IMG/VR virus record: IMGVR_UViG_3300025508_000025
Span: 1-52,651 of that record
Origin: a virus
Taxonomy: Duplodnaviria; Caudoviricetes
Reading direction: 5' to 3' (one strand)
Length of the DNA: 52,651 nucleotides
Part shown: piece after piece, positions 9,879 through 19,417 of the stretch
How the letters are laid out: each line of letters begins with the position of its first letter
Position numbering within the stretch: position 1 is the stretch's first letter
Position numbers and translations under genes: made by a program
Notes under the pieces: model-generated
Database searches by the model: none
What the model saw: only the letters and a program-made list of their open reading frames with translations
What the model was told of the DNA's origin: nothing

Positions 9879-10358
9879 ATGAAATTTAGTTTAATTAAAA
9901 ATGTTGTAGGTGCTTTAGCTCCTACACTTGGTTCAGCTTTAGGCGGACCACTAGGCGGTCAAGCAGCATCTGTTATAGCTGGTGTACTTGGATGTCAATC
10001 AGACCCAAAATCTATCAATAAAGCTATTCAATCAGCTACTCCAGAACAAATGCTAGAGCTTAAAAAAGCAGAACAAAGTTTTGAATTGCAAATGAAAGAG
10101 CTTGAAGTAGATGTGTTTAAGTTAGAAGTAGCAGATAAACAAGATGCTAGAGGTAAGTTTAGTAAAGATTGGACAGCTAGAATTATGGGTATTGCTGTTG
10201 TTGGTGGGTTTATGGGTTATATATTTTTAGTTACTTTACAGCCACCAGAACAAAACTCTGAAGCTCTTATTAACTTAGTCTTAGGTTACTTAGGAGGTTT
10301 GGCAAGTGCTGTTATCTCTTTTTATTTTGGTGCTTCAAATACACCTGATAAAGACTAA
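9879..10358 (+). CDS. Putative holin
   Basis: Two C-terminal TM segments, ISFYFGAS motif, coupled to lysozyme. Confidence 0.6.
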   Translation: MKFSLIKNVVGALAPTLGSALGGPLGGQAASVIAGVLGCQSDPKSINKAIQSATPEQMLELKKAEQSFELQMKELEVDVFKLEVADKQDARGKFSKDWTARIMGIAVVGGFMGYIFLVTLQPPEQNSEALINLVLGYLGGLASAVISFYFGASNTPDKD

Positions 10359-10801
10359 TGAATATATCACAAGAAGGAATATCGCTTATAAAAAAGTTTG
10401 AAGGCTGTGAGCTAGAGGCATACTACGATGCTGTAAATGTATTAACGATAGCTTATGGAAGAACTAAATTAGTAAAGGCTGGTGATACTTGCACACAAGA
10501 ACAAGCTGATGCTTGGCTAGAAGAAGAGTTACACGAATATGGTGGATATGTAAATGATGCAGTAAAGGTTGACTTAACACAAAATCAATTTGACTCTCTT
10601 ACATCTTGGACATACAACTTAGGTCCTAGCAATCTTAATAGCAGCACTATGCTAGTTAAAATTAATGAAAAAGATTGGGATGAAGTGCCTAATCAGATAA
10701 AGCGTTGGAATAAAGCAGGTGGCAAAGTATTAGAAGGTCTTGTTAGAAGAAGAGAAGCTGAAGCTCTTTTATTTCAAGGAAAAGATTGGAGTAAAATCTA
10801 A
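10358..10801 (+). CDS. Endolysin, GH24 lysozyme
   Basis: KKFEGC.LEAYYD...TIAYG, QNQFD, GLVRRREAE. Confidence 0.9.
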   Translation: MNISQEGISLIKKFEGCELEAYYDAVNVLTIAYGRTKLVKAGDTCTQEQADAWLEEELHEYGGYVNDAVKVDLTQNQFDSLTSWTYNLGPSNLNSSTMLVKINEKDWDEVPNQIKRWNKAGGKVLEGLVRRREAEALLFQGKDWSKI

Positions 10802-12666
10802 TGCCATTAGTTAAGTATATTTTTAGACCTGGAATTAACAAAGAAGGTACTAACTATAGTAATGAGTATGGCTGGTTTGATGCAGACAAAGTAAGGTTTC
10901 GCAAAGGCAAACCTGAAAGAATTGGCGGTTGGGATAAGTTTACTTCAGGAAGTTTTATTGGAACTTGTAGAAAACTCTATCCATACAAAGCCATTGATGG
11001 AGATCAATTTATAATATTAGGCACTCATCAAAAACTATATGTTCTTAATGGAGATGTGTACTACGATATAAATCCTATTAGAGCTACATCTACCAATGGA
11101 GTAGTATTTGCTGCAACAGATGGCTCATCTATTATTACAGCTACAGATAATGATCATGGAGCAGTAGAAGGAGATTTTGTTACTTTTGCACAAGCAGTCA
11201 GCTTAGGTGGATTAATTACTGCTGAAGTTTTAAATCAAGAATATCAAATAGTAACTGTTCCTACTGCAAACACATATACATTTGTAGCCAAAGATACTGA
11301 TGGAGCAACTGTCACAGCAAATTCTAGTGATACTGGTAATGGTGGCTCAGGAATAGATGGTGTATATCAAATTAACTCAGGACTAGATGTCTATGTTAGA
11401 ACTACTGGTTGGGGTGTAAATCCTTGGGGTAATGGAACATGGGGTGCTAAAGCAGATTTATCTTTAACTAATCAATTAAGAACATGGTCTATAGATAATT
11501 TTGGTGATGATACTCTTGCTGCACCTAGAGGTGGACCAATATATTTTTGGGATGAATCAACAGGTTTAAGCACTAGAGCTACTTTATTATCAGCAGAATC
11601 AGGTGCAAGTGATGTGCCAACTAATGTTATACAAGTAATGACTTCTGATGTAGACAAACACTGCATTGCATTTGGTTGTAACCCAATAGGTACAACTGCT
11701 ATAGACCCACTGTTAGTAAGATTTTCTGATAGAGAAAGTGCAGTAGATTGGACACCTACAGCAACGAATCAAGCTGGTGGCGTACAACTTTCACAAGGTT
11801 CTGAAATTATTGGAGCACTTAGAACAAGACAAGAAATACTTATATGGACTGATGTAGGCATAGTGTCTATGCGTTTTGTAGGAGAACCATTTATATTTTC
11901 ATTCACAGAAGTAGCAGAAGGGCAGTCTCTTATAGCACCTAATGCAGCAGTAAGTGCTAACAACAGAGTTTACTTTATGGACACTGGTGGATTTTATGTT
12001 TACTCAGGTTCTGCTGAAAAATTACCATGCACAGTTTTAGACTATGTATTATCTGATTTAAATTTAAGTCAATCATTTAAGATATTTGCTGCTGTTAATA
12101 ATATTGCTAATGAGGTTATGTGGTTTTATCCATCAGGCACTAATACAGAAATAGACAAATATGTTTTGTATAACTATTTAGAAAATGTTTGGAGCATTGG
12201 AACTACAGATGATGGCTTTACTAGAACAGCTTGGGATGAAGCATCAATATTAGAATACCCTATAGCTGCAAGTAAAAATGATTCAAGCAATTTAAATTAT
12301 GTTTACAATCATGAGAAAGGTCATGGCAATGATGGCAGTAACTTTACAGCATACATAGAGTCAAGTGATTTTGACTTAGAGCCAGATGGAGATAAGTTTA
12401 CTTTTATATCTAAGTTAATACCTGATATACAATTTAGAGATCAACAATCAACAAGCGACAGCGTTACTTTTACTATTTCAGGTAGAGATTATCCATTACA
12501 AGATTTAACTACTTTGCAAACTATTAATGTTACTCCTAATTCTACATTTGAAAATACACGAGCTAGGAGCAGACAAGCTGCATTAAAAATATCTAACTCG
12601 TCTAGTGACTATGGATGGAGAGCAGGTGATCTTAGATTAGACATTAGACCAGATGGTAAAAGATAA
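10801..12666 (+). CDS. Tail nozzle/DNA stabilization protein (P22 gp10-like)
   Basis: Size, beta-propeller-like composition, C-terminal RLDIRPDGKR, position before ejection genes. Confidence 0.65.
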   Translation: MPLVKYIFRPGINKEGTNYSNEYGWFDADKVRFRKGKPERIGGWDKFTSGSFIGTCRKLYPYKAIDGDQFIILGTHQKLYVLNGDVYYDINPIRATSTNGVVFAATDGSSIITATDNDHGAVEGDFVTFAQAVSLGGLITAEVLNQEYQIVTVPTANTYTFVAKDTDGATVTANSSDTGNGGSGIDGVYQINSGLDVYVRTTGWGVNPWGNGTWGAKADLSLTNQLRTWSIDNFGDDTLAAPRGGPIYFWDESTGLSTRATLLSAESGASDVPTNVIQVMTSDVDKHCIAFGCNPIGTTAIDPLLVRFSDRESAVDWTPTATNQAGGVQLSQGSEIIGALRTRQEILIWTDVGIVSMRFVGEPFIFSFTEVAEGQSLIAPNAAVSANNRVYFMDTGGFYVYSGSAEKLPCTVLDYVLSDLNLSQSFKIFAAVNNIANEVMWFYPSGTNTEIDKYVLYNYLENVWSIGTTDDGFTRTAWDEASILEYPIAASKNDSSNLNYVYNHEKGHGNDGSNFTAYIESSDFDLEPDGDKFTFISKLIPDIQFRDQQSTSDSVTFTISGRDYPLQDLTTLQTINVTPNSTFENTRARSRQAALKISNSSSDYGWRAGDLRLDIRPDGKR

Positions 12667-12869
12667 TGGCTGATATCAAAACGATAGCACTACCATTACC
12701 AAACCAAGAGTTTGATAGAAACAATGAAGCTGTAACACGCAGATTGATAGAACAAGCAATACAAGAAATTAATACTAAAATTACTTTATTGGATAGAATG
12801 AAGTCTACTACTATAAGCAAGGCTTCTAAACGACATCAATTTTTACTTATGGGAATGAAACATGGCTGA
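12666..12869 (+). CDS. Hypothetical protein
   Basis: Coupled ORF in tail module. Confidence 0.5.
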   Translation: MADIKTIALPLPNQEFDRNNEAVTRRLIEQAIQEINTKITLLDRMKSTTISKASKRHQFLLMGMKHG

Positions 12870-13200
12870 TAATCTTAAAGTATTAGGACAGTTAGACCCA
12901 GCAGCTACCACAACTACTGTGCTATACACAGTGCCAAACATGACACAAACAACAGTTAGTTCTATTGTTGCAGCAAATCGCACAGGTTCTGCTATTACTT
13001 TTAGATTAAGTGTTCATGTAGGTGGAGCAGGTGCTGACGATAAACAGTATATATACTATGACAAATCAGTAGCAGCAAATGATTCCCTAGCAATAGTTTT
13101 AGGTATAACATTAAATCAAACCGATGTTATCAAAGTTTACACAAGTGCAGTTGACATGAGTTTTAATATGTTTGGCTGTGAGACTACGGAAGAAAGATAA
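12862..13200 (+). CDS. Virion-associated hypothetical protein
   Basis: Resembles 133..498. Confidence 0.55.
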   Translation: MADNLKVLGQLDPAATTTTVLYTVPNMTQTTVSSIVAANRTGSAITFRLSVHVGGAGADDKQYIYYDKSVAANDSLAIVLGITLNQTDVIKVYTSAVDMSFNMFGCETTEER

Positions 13201-16043
13201 TGCAATACAAAATTAAAAAAGGAGATACTCTTAGTTCTATATCTAGAAACTTAGGTATATCTGTTAAAGATTTAGCTTCAGCCAATAAAATTAAAGATAT
13301 TAATAAAATACAAGCTGGTGCAAGTTTAACTATTCCTCAACCTAAAAAGAAAAAATCTTCTGCTGTAGAAAAAGTTATACCTCAAGCAAAAAAAGAAATT
13401 AAATCAAAACAAAAATCTAAAGTAAAAAAGAAAAAAGAATCTATATTACCAATTAATGTAAGACAATTTTTTAATCCTAATCAAGATAGAACAGAAGAAG
13501 ATTTATCATCAGTAGAACTAGCAGCATTAAAACAAGTTATTGCTAATAGTCAAACACCAGAAAGAATTGCAGAAAAAAAAGCTCAAGGAATAGACCCTAA
13601 TATTATTGAATACAAAGATTATGCAACAACATCTGAAGGTAGCCAATATACAGATGTTGATAGCACAAATAATATGTCTGCATTAGATTTAGCAAGTAAA
13701 ATGCAAAATCCTAATTACAATTTAAAAACTTTTTTAGGACAAGCTACAGCTATTCCTAAAGAAGGTGGTGGTTATCGTGTTGTAGATACTTTTGATTTTA
13801 AACCTAAAACACAAGCAACAGGATTAAAAAAATTATCACAATATGTAGGAAGTATTGATGATGTTGGTTTAAATGCATATGGACAATTTAGAAATTTTAT
13901 GGGTTATTACGGACCTCAAGAAGGAACAGGAAAAGGTGGAAAAAGTAATATAAATCTTTCAGCTCAAGGCGGACAAACAAGATATAATTTTAATCAAGGT
14001 GGAAAAATGGATATAAAACAACAAACACAAAATGTAGCCAATCAAGGTCGCTATGGCGATTCTATGCTTCTTCATGTAAATCCTGCAGAAGTTAAAGGCT
14101 TGGCACAAGCAATGCCTATTACAGTGAATCCAGAAACAGGACAGCCTGAAGCCTTCTTACCATTTCTTGCACCAATTTTAGGCAGTATGGGTATGAGTGC
14201 ATTAGCAGGAACAGGCGTTGGAGCAACGCTTGGATTAGCTGGATTAAGTGCTCCCTTATTGTCAGGCATAGGAGCAGGTCTAGCTACATATGCACAAACA
14301 GGTGGCTCTGGTTCTAAAGCATTAATGTCTGCTTTTACAGGATATGGTGCAGGTAAAGCAGCAGAATTAGCAGGTGGAGCTGCAGCAAGTAATACAGCAA
14401 TAGATACAGCTACCACAGGTTTAAGACCAGAATTAACTGCTAATTTAGCTACAGACCCTACTATGTTAGCAAACCCAAATTTAATGGGTCCATTACCACA
14501 AGGCGTTTCACCTGAATTAAGCAATATAGGAAAAACAACTTTAGAAAATCAAATGGCTGGTTTGCAACCTGGTATTGATCAAATAGGTGCAAATGCTGCA
14601 GATGCATTTTATGCTGGTGATCCAACTATGTCTGAAAGTTTAAGAGGAGCATTTCAAGAAGGACCTGCAGCAGGTTTTGGAAACTTAGCACAAGGAGCAA
14701 GTTCTTTTGGAGCATATGCTCCAATGGCAGTAGGCTTGGGTGGTAGAGGTATTATGGATTCACAAGATTTATATGAACAACAAATGCGTGACATGGAAAT
14801 GGATGAAGAGCAACGCAAAAGAGATATGTATGCAAACAATCCTGAAGTACAGTTGTATTCGGCATCAGGTGGTATAACACAATTTCAAAGAGGTGGTGAT
14901 ACTGATGACTATAGTTCTGAATCAGGCAAACAAGTATTTGCACCAGCTAAACAACAGTATGCAGTTAATCCTGATTTTATGGCAGGATTTGCACCTGAAA
15001 CAATGTACTTTAGACCTGATACTGTTAATGCTCCATCAAGTAGTACAAGAGGTGGATCACGCCCAACACTAGGAGCAGATACTTATACAGGAACTAAAGG
15101 TGGTTACGACTACGAAGGCACAGTTGATGCAGATGGGAATTACACTGCAGGAACAGCACAAGGCGTTCAGTTTGCACCTCAGACATCTATAGACCCATAT
15201 GCAGCATTTACAGGTTCTGCACCTCAAGGTTTAGTTCAGTCTGCCTACAATCCTTATCCAGTACAACCAATGAGTATGTCTCCAATAGATGATACTAAAG
15301 ATACTTCTGATTATGGTGGAATAGACGGAGATTTTTATGCAGGAAATCCTGATTTTGATTTTTCTTTGTATGATGCAACAGATTCTGCTGGTAATCCTTT
15401 AACTGGTTCTCCTTATGGTGCATATGATCCACAAGCTGTAGCTGATGTAAGAAATCAATACAGTGATTACTTCTTTGACTACGATGATATTCAAGACTTC
15501 TATAGAGATGAAATGTCAGACATTGGAAGAAATGGTGGTGGAGATACAAATATGCCTAACAAAGGTTTAGAAGCATTAAATAAAGTAGCACCAGAAGTAG
15601 TAGATAAAATGGGTTATCAAGAAGGTGGGCAAACAGACCCTTTGATACAAGAAGTAACTATGTTTATTTTAGGCGAATCTGATAATGAAGAAATAGTAAA
15701 TCAATTTGTTGATAAGTATGGAGTAGAAGCATTTACTCAGCTTAGAGAACAAATTCTTCAGTCACTTGTGCCTAATGCTCAAACATCAGGATTAATAGAA
15801 GGCGTAGGTAATGGTGGTATGGATGACGATATTATGGGAACAATAGGCAATCAAGAAAAAATTGCTGTATCTCAAGATGAGTTTATTGTACCTGCTGATG
15901 TAGTTTCAATGTTAGGTGATGGCAGTTCAGATGCTGGTTCTAAAGAACTTTATGACATGATGGATAGAGTAAGACAAGAAAAAACTGGCACAACTAAACA
16001 AGCACCTAAACTAGCTAATGCTGGAGGAATGTTACCAGCATGA
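13200..16043 (+). CDS. LysM-domain internal virion/ejection protein
   Basis: N-terminal LysM (YKIKKGDTLSSIS...NKIQAGASLTIP); GRYGDSMLLHVNPAEV and DEFIVPADVVS.LGDGSS.AG motifs. Confidence 0.65.
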   Translation: MQYKIKKGDTLSSISRNLGISVKDLASANKIKDINKIQAGASLTIPQPKKKKSSAVEKVIPQAKKEIKSKQKSKVKKKKESILPINVRQFFNPNQDRTEEDLSSVELAALKQVIANSQTPERIAEKKAQGIDPNIIEYKDYATTSEGSQYTDVDSTNNMSALDLASKMQNPNYNLKTFLGQATAIPKEGGGYRVVDTFDFKPKTQATGLKKLSQYVGSIDDVGLNAYGQFRNFMGYYGPQEGTGKGGKSNINLSAQGGQTRYNFNQGGKMDIKQQTQNVANQGRYGDSMLLHVNPAEVKGLAQAMPITVNPETGQPEAFLPFLAPILGSMGMSALAGTGVGATLGLAGLSAPLLSGIGAGLATYAQTGGSGSKALMSAFTGYGAGKAAELAGGAAASNTAIDTATTGLRPELTANLATDPTMLANPNLMGPLPQGVSPELSNIGKTTLENQMAGLQPGIDQIGANAADAFYAGDPTMSESLRGAFQEGPAAGFGNLAQGASSFGAYAPMAVGLGGRGIMDSQDLYEQQMRDMEMDEEQRKRDMYANNPEVQLYSASGGITQFQRGGDTDDYSSESGKQVFAPAKQQYAVNPDFMAGFAPETMYFRPDTVNAPSSSTRGGSRPTLGADTYTGTKGGYDYEGTVDADGNYTAGTAQGVQFAPQTSIDPYAAFTGSAPQGLVQSAYNPYPVQPMSMSPIDDTKDTSDYGGIDGDFYAGNPDFDFSLYDATDSAGNPLTGSPYGAYDPQAVADVRNQYSDYFFDYDDIQDFYRDEMSDIGRNGGGDTNMPNKGLEALNKVAPEVVDKMGYQEGGQTDPLIQEVTMFILGESDNEEIVNQFVDKYGVEAFTQLREQILQSLVPNAQTSGLIEGVGNGGMDDDIMGTIGNQEKIAVSQDEFIVPADVVSMLGDGSSDAGSKELYDMMDRVRQEKTGTTKQAPKLANAGGMLPA

Positions 16044-16519
16044 ATCAAGTAGCTCAAAAACTAGAAATAGAAGAATCTTTAGAACACGAAATTTCTTTAG
16101 TTCCTTTTGATAAAGTTCCTTTAATTTGGAAAAAAGTAGAAAAATATCTTAAAAAATCTGCTAATCGTTCAGGCGGAAGAACTAGAATTGAAGATATTTA
16201 TTATGAATTAATAAATAATAAAACAAATCTTTGGATTATTTTTGAAAAAAAAAGTGATGAAATTATTGGAGTTCAAATTACTCTTTTTAATACTTATCCT
16301 ACTGGTAAAAAAATGTTAAATCTAGAACATACTGCTGGTATTAATATGCAAGATTGGGTAGAAAAAGGCATTGATGTAATTACAAAATTTGCTAAAGATA
16401 CAGAATGCGAAGGCTTAGAAGGCATTGGTAGACATGGACAATGGAACTGGGTAAAAAATAAAAAAGGTTGGAAAAAACCTGCAACATTTTATGAATATAT
16501 ATTTGAGGAAAATAAATGA
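16040..16519 (+). CDS. Hypothetical protein, possibly acetyltransferase-like
   Basis: Position among ejection genes; FAKDTECEGLEGIGRHGQW motif. Confidence 0.4.
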   Translation: MNQVAQKLEIEESLEHEISLVPFDKVPLIWKKVEKYLKKSANRSGGRTRIEDIYYELINNKTNLWIIFEKKSDEIIGVQITLFNTYPTGKKMLNLEHTAGINMQDWVEKGIDVITKFAKDTECEGLEGIGRHGQWNWVKNKKGWKKPATFYEYIFEENK

Positions 16520-18027
16520 GAAAGTTTAAAGGTGGTGGTAGTAGTGGACCAACAGAAACAAGAGTAACTCAAACTGATCTACCAGAATATGTACAGCCGT
16601 ATTTTGAGAGACTATTACAGCGTAGTGAAGCAGATAGCATACAAGGGTATCAACCTTATGGTGGTCAACGACTAGCATACTTTTCGCCTGATGAATTACA
16701 ATCTCAAGCAATGACTCGTGGCTTTGCTGAAGCAGGTACACCACAAGCATACACAGATGCACAAACTAGATTTGGTTCACAAACTCCATTAACTTCAGGA
16801 TACACAGCAGGTACTGCTCCACAAGGCTATCAAGCTGGAACAGTTGGACCTACCTATCAAGCAGGTGCTTACAATCAAGGATATCAAGCTGGACCTTTTG
16901 ATGCAGGATATTCTGCTGGTACTAGACAAACTGGCTATGATCCTACAACAAGACAGTCAGGATATAGTGCAGGTCAAACCGCACAAACTTATAATCCTTT
17001 AAATTATGAAGAGAATATTTCTAGGTTTATGTCTCCGTATCAACAAAATGTTACTGATATACAAAAAAGAGAAGCTGCTCGTCAATCAGATATTATGGGC
17101 AAAGGTATTGGAGATCAAGCTACAGCACAAGGTGGATTAGGTGGTTATCGTGAAGCTATTCAACAATCTGAAAGAGAAAGAAATCTTTCTCAACAAATGG
17201 ATGATATTCAAGCACGAGGTAGTCAGTCTGCATTTGAGTCTGCTCAACAACAACTTGAAAGAGAAAGAGCTGGTGGCATGGGTGCTGCTAGATTTGGATT
17301 AGATGCATTTACTCAACAACAATCTGCACAGCAACAACAAGAACAACTTGCACAAAGAGCTTTTGAAACATCAGAACAATCAAGACAACAACAAGAAACT
17401 TTTGCTCAGTCTGCATTTAATGCAGGTGAATCAGCTAGACAACAAGCTGCAAAACTTGGATTATCTGCACAACAACAAGAAGATGCTGCAAGACAAGCAC
17501 AAGAAAAATTTAGTCAGTCTGGATATCAAATGCAACAAGCTGCACAACAACAGCAATCTGCTCAACAGCTACAAGCATTTAAAGCACAACAACAAGCACT
17601 TCAACAACAAGGTGCTCAAGGTATTCAACAATATCAAGCTGAAGAAGCTGCTCGTCAAGCTCAAGAAAGATTTGGACAAAGTGCATACGATATGTCTAAT
17701 CGCTACAACATGGCTGCTGCTCAAGGCTTACAAGGTATAGGTACAGCTCAACAAGCAGACGCACTTTCTAGAATTCAAGCCTTATCTGGCATTGGTGCTC
17801 AAGATAGAGCTTTACGACAAGCAAGTATGGACATGGGATACGATGACTTTCAAAGACAAAGAGATTTTTCTAAACGACAGCTTAGTGATTTTAGTGGTAT
17901 GTTGAGAGGTGTGCCTGTAACACCCAATCAAACAACTAGCACATACAGTCAACAACCTGGATTATTTCAACAAGCAGCAGGTGCTGGTTTAGCAGGTCTT
18001 GGTTTGTATAGAGGAACAAGAGGATAA
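16516..18027 (+). CDS. Gln/Ala-rich internal virion (DNA ejection) protein
   Basis: FMSPYQQNV motif, long Q-rich helices, Gly-rich hydrophobic C-terminus. Confidence 0.6.
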   Translation: MRKFKGGGSSGPTETRVTQTDLPEYVQPYFERLLQRSEADSIQGYQPYGGQRLAYFSPDELQSQAMTRGFAEAGTPQAYTDAQTRFGSQTPLTSGYTAGTAPQGYQAGTVGPTYQAGAYNQGYQAGPFDAGYSAGTRQTGYDPTTRQSGYSAGQTAQTYNPLNYEENISRFMSPYQQNVTDIQKREAARQSDIMGKGIGDQATAQGGLGGYREAIQQSERERNLSQQMDDIQARGSQSAFESAQQQLERERAGGMGAARFGLDAFTQQQSAQQQQEQLAQRAFETSEQSRQQQETFAQSAFNAGESARQQAAKLGLSAQQQEDAARQAQEKFSQSGYQMQQAAQQQQSAQQLQAFKAQQQALQQQGAQGIQQYQAEEAARQAQERFGQSAYDMSNRYNMAAAQGLQGIGTAQQADALSRIQALSGIGAQDRALRQASMDMGYDDFQRQRDFSKRQLSDFSGMLRGVPVTPNQTTSTYSQQPGLFQQAAGAGLAGLGLYRGTRG

Positions 18028-18029
18028 TT

Positions 18030-19412
18030 ATGAATTTAGTACAACAAGCAAATTTTTTAGAAGATGTGCCTAAAGAACAATTGGCTCAAATGTCGCAAGA
18101 CCCTAATGGACAATTTCCTCCATTTTTAGTATTAAGCGAAATACAAAGAAGAACAACCAACGAAAAAAATTATCAAGCAATGCAACAACAACCTAATGCT
18201 ACTGTAGCAGAAGAAGTTGTTAATGAATTTATGCAGCCTGAACTAGCACAAAACCAACCTACAGGTTTGCAGGGTGGTGTACCACAGTCGGCAACTCCCT
18301 TGCCAGACGAAAATATCTCTGCAGGATTATCTGGTGCACCAACTGCTCCTATGCAAATGGCAGCTAGTGGTGGCTTAACAGGTTATGCAGCAGGAGATTT
18401 AACTTCTTTACCTGCAGGTAGTGGACCACAAGGACAAGATATAACAGATTCAGATGTAAATACATTTATGAGTTTACCTAGAAATGCAGATGGAACTGTT
18501 GATAAAAGTGCAGTTGCAGGAGCAGTGGCAAGTGGTGCATTAACTGCAGCAGCAGTAGTTGGATTCTTTTATCCAGAACCAGTATCAAGTGCAGCAGGAG
18601 CTGCTAGATTAGCTACAACAAGTTTTGGAAACAAAATTTTATCAGCTCCAGGAAAATTAAAATCAGGATTACAAAATTTCATGGGAAGAAGAAGTTTGGC
18701 AGCAGACCCAATGAGTAAATTTGGAGCTTCTAATGTAACATTAAAATCTGGAGAAACATTACCAAAACTTTTAAATACTAAACAAATTGGATCACAAGCA
18801 ATTAAGGATTTACGCATACCATCTAGACTAGGTTATGGCTTAACAGCACTAACTGCTGGAACAGGTCTTGGATATGCTTTAAGTGATGATGAAACTATTG
18901 AAAAACAAGAAGATAAAAAAGAAATGCGTATTGGCGATACCTACGATAAAGTAGTGGCTGCTGGTTTAAGTGCTGATAAAAATTCATCAAAAGGTTTAGG
19001 GCAAGGACAAATGGATTATAGAGATATGATTAGGTTAGGCACATCTATTATGGGTGCTAAAGATATTTCTGAGTTAGGAGAATCTGTTTCTGGAGTATTA
19101 GATGCACAAGATGCAAGAGCTACCACAGGATTACAACAACAATATCTTCAAGCACAAACAGATAAACTACAAGCTGATATTGCAGCAATGCCAGTAAAAG
19201 AAATTCAATCAGAGATTTCTATATACTCTAAATATCTTGATCAACTGAAAGAAAACTCTGAAGGAACTGAAGCTGATATAAGAAATATTAAAAATGCTTC
19301 TGATTATATTAATGCATTAAGTCAAGAGTTAATGACAGCTAGAGGTATTGATCTTGCTTCTGTTAATAGTCAAAAAAAATTATTAGAAGCTAGTGGCATA
19401 GGAAAAGTTTAA
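18030..19412 (+). CDS. Internal virion protein
   Basis: Ala/Gly-rich hydrophobic segments; module position. Confidence 0.5.
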   Translation: MNLVQQANFLEDVPKEQLAQMSQDPNGQFPPFLVLSEIQRRTTNEKNYQAMQQQPNATVAEEVVNEFMQPELAQNQPTGLQGGVPQSATPLPDENISAGLSGAPTAPMQMAASGGLTGYAAGDLTSLPAGSGPQGQDITDSDVNTFMSLPRNADGTVDKSAVAGAVASGALTAAAVVGFFYPEPVSSAAGAARLATTSFGNKILSAPGKLKSGLQNFMGRRSLAADPMSKFGASNVTLKSGETLPKLLNTKQIGSQAIKDLRIPSRLGYGLTALTAGTGLGYALSDDETIEKQEDKKEMRIGDTYDKVVAAGLSADKNSSKGLGQGQMDYRDMIRLGTSIMGAKDISELGESVSGVLDAQDARATTGLQQQYLQAQTDKLQADIAAMPVKEIQSEISIYSKYLDQLKENSEGTEADIRNIKNASDYINALSQELMTARGIDLASVNSQKKLLEASGIGKV

Positions 19413-19417
19413 AGCTA

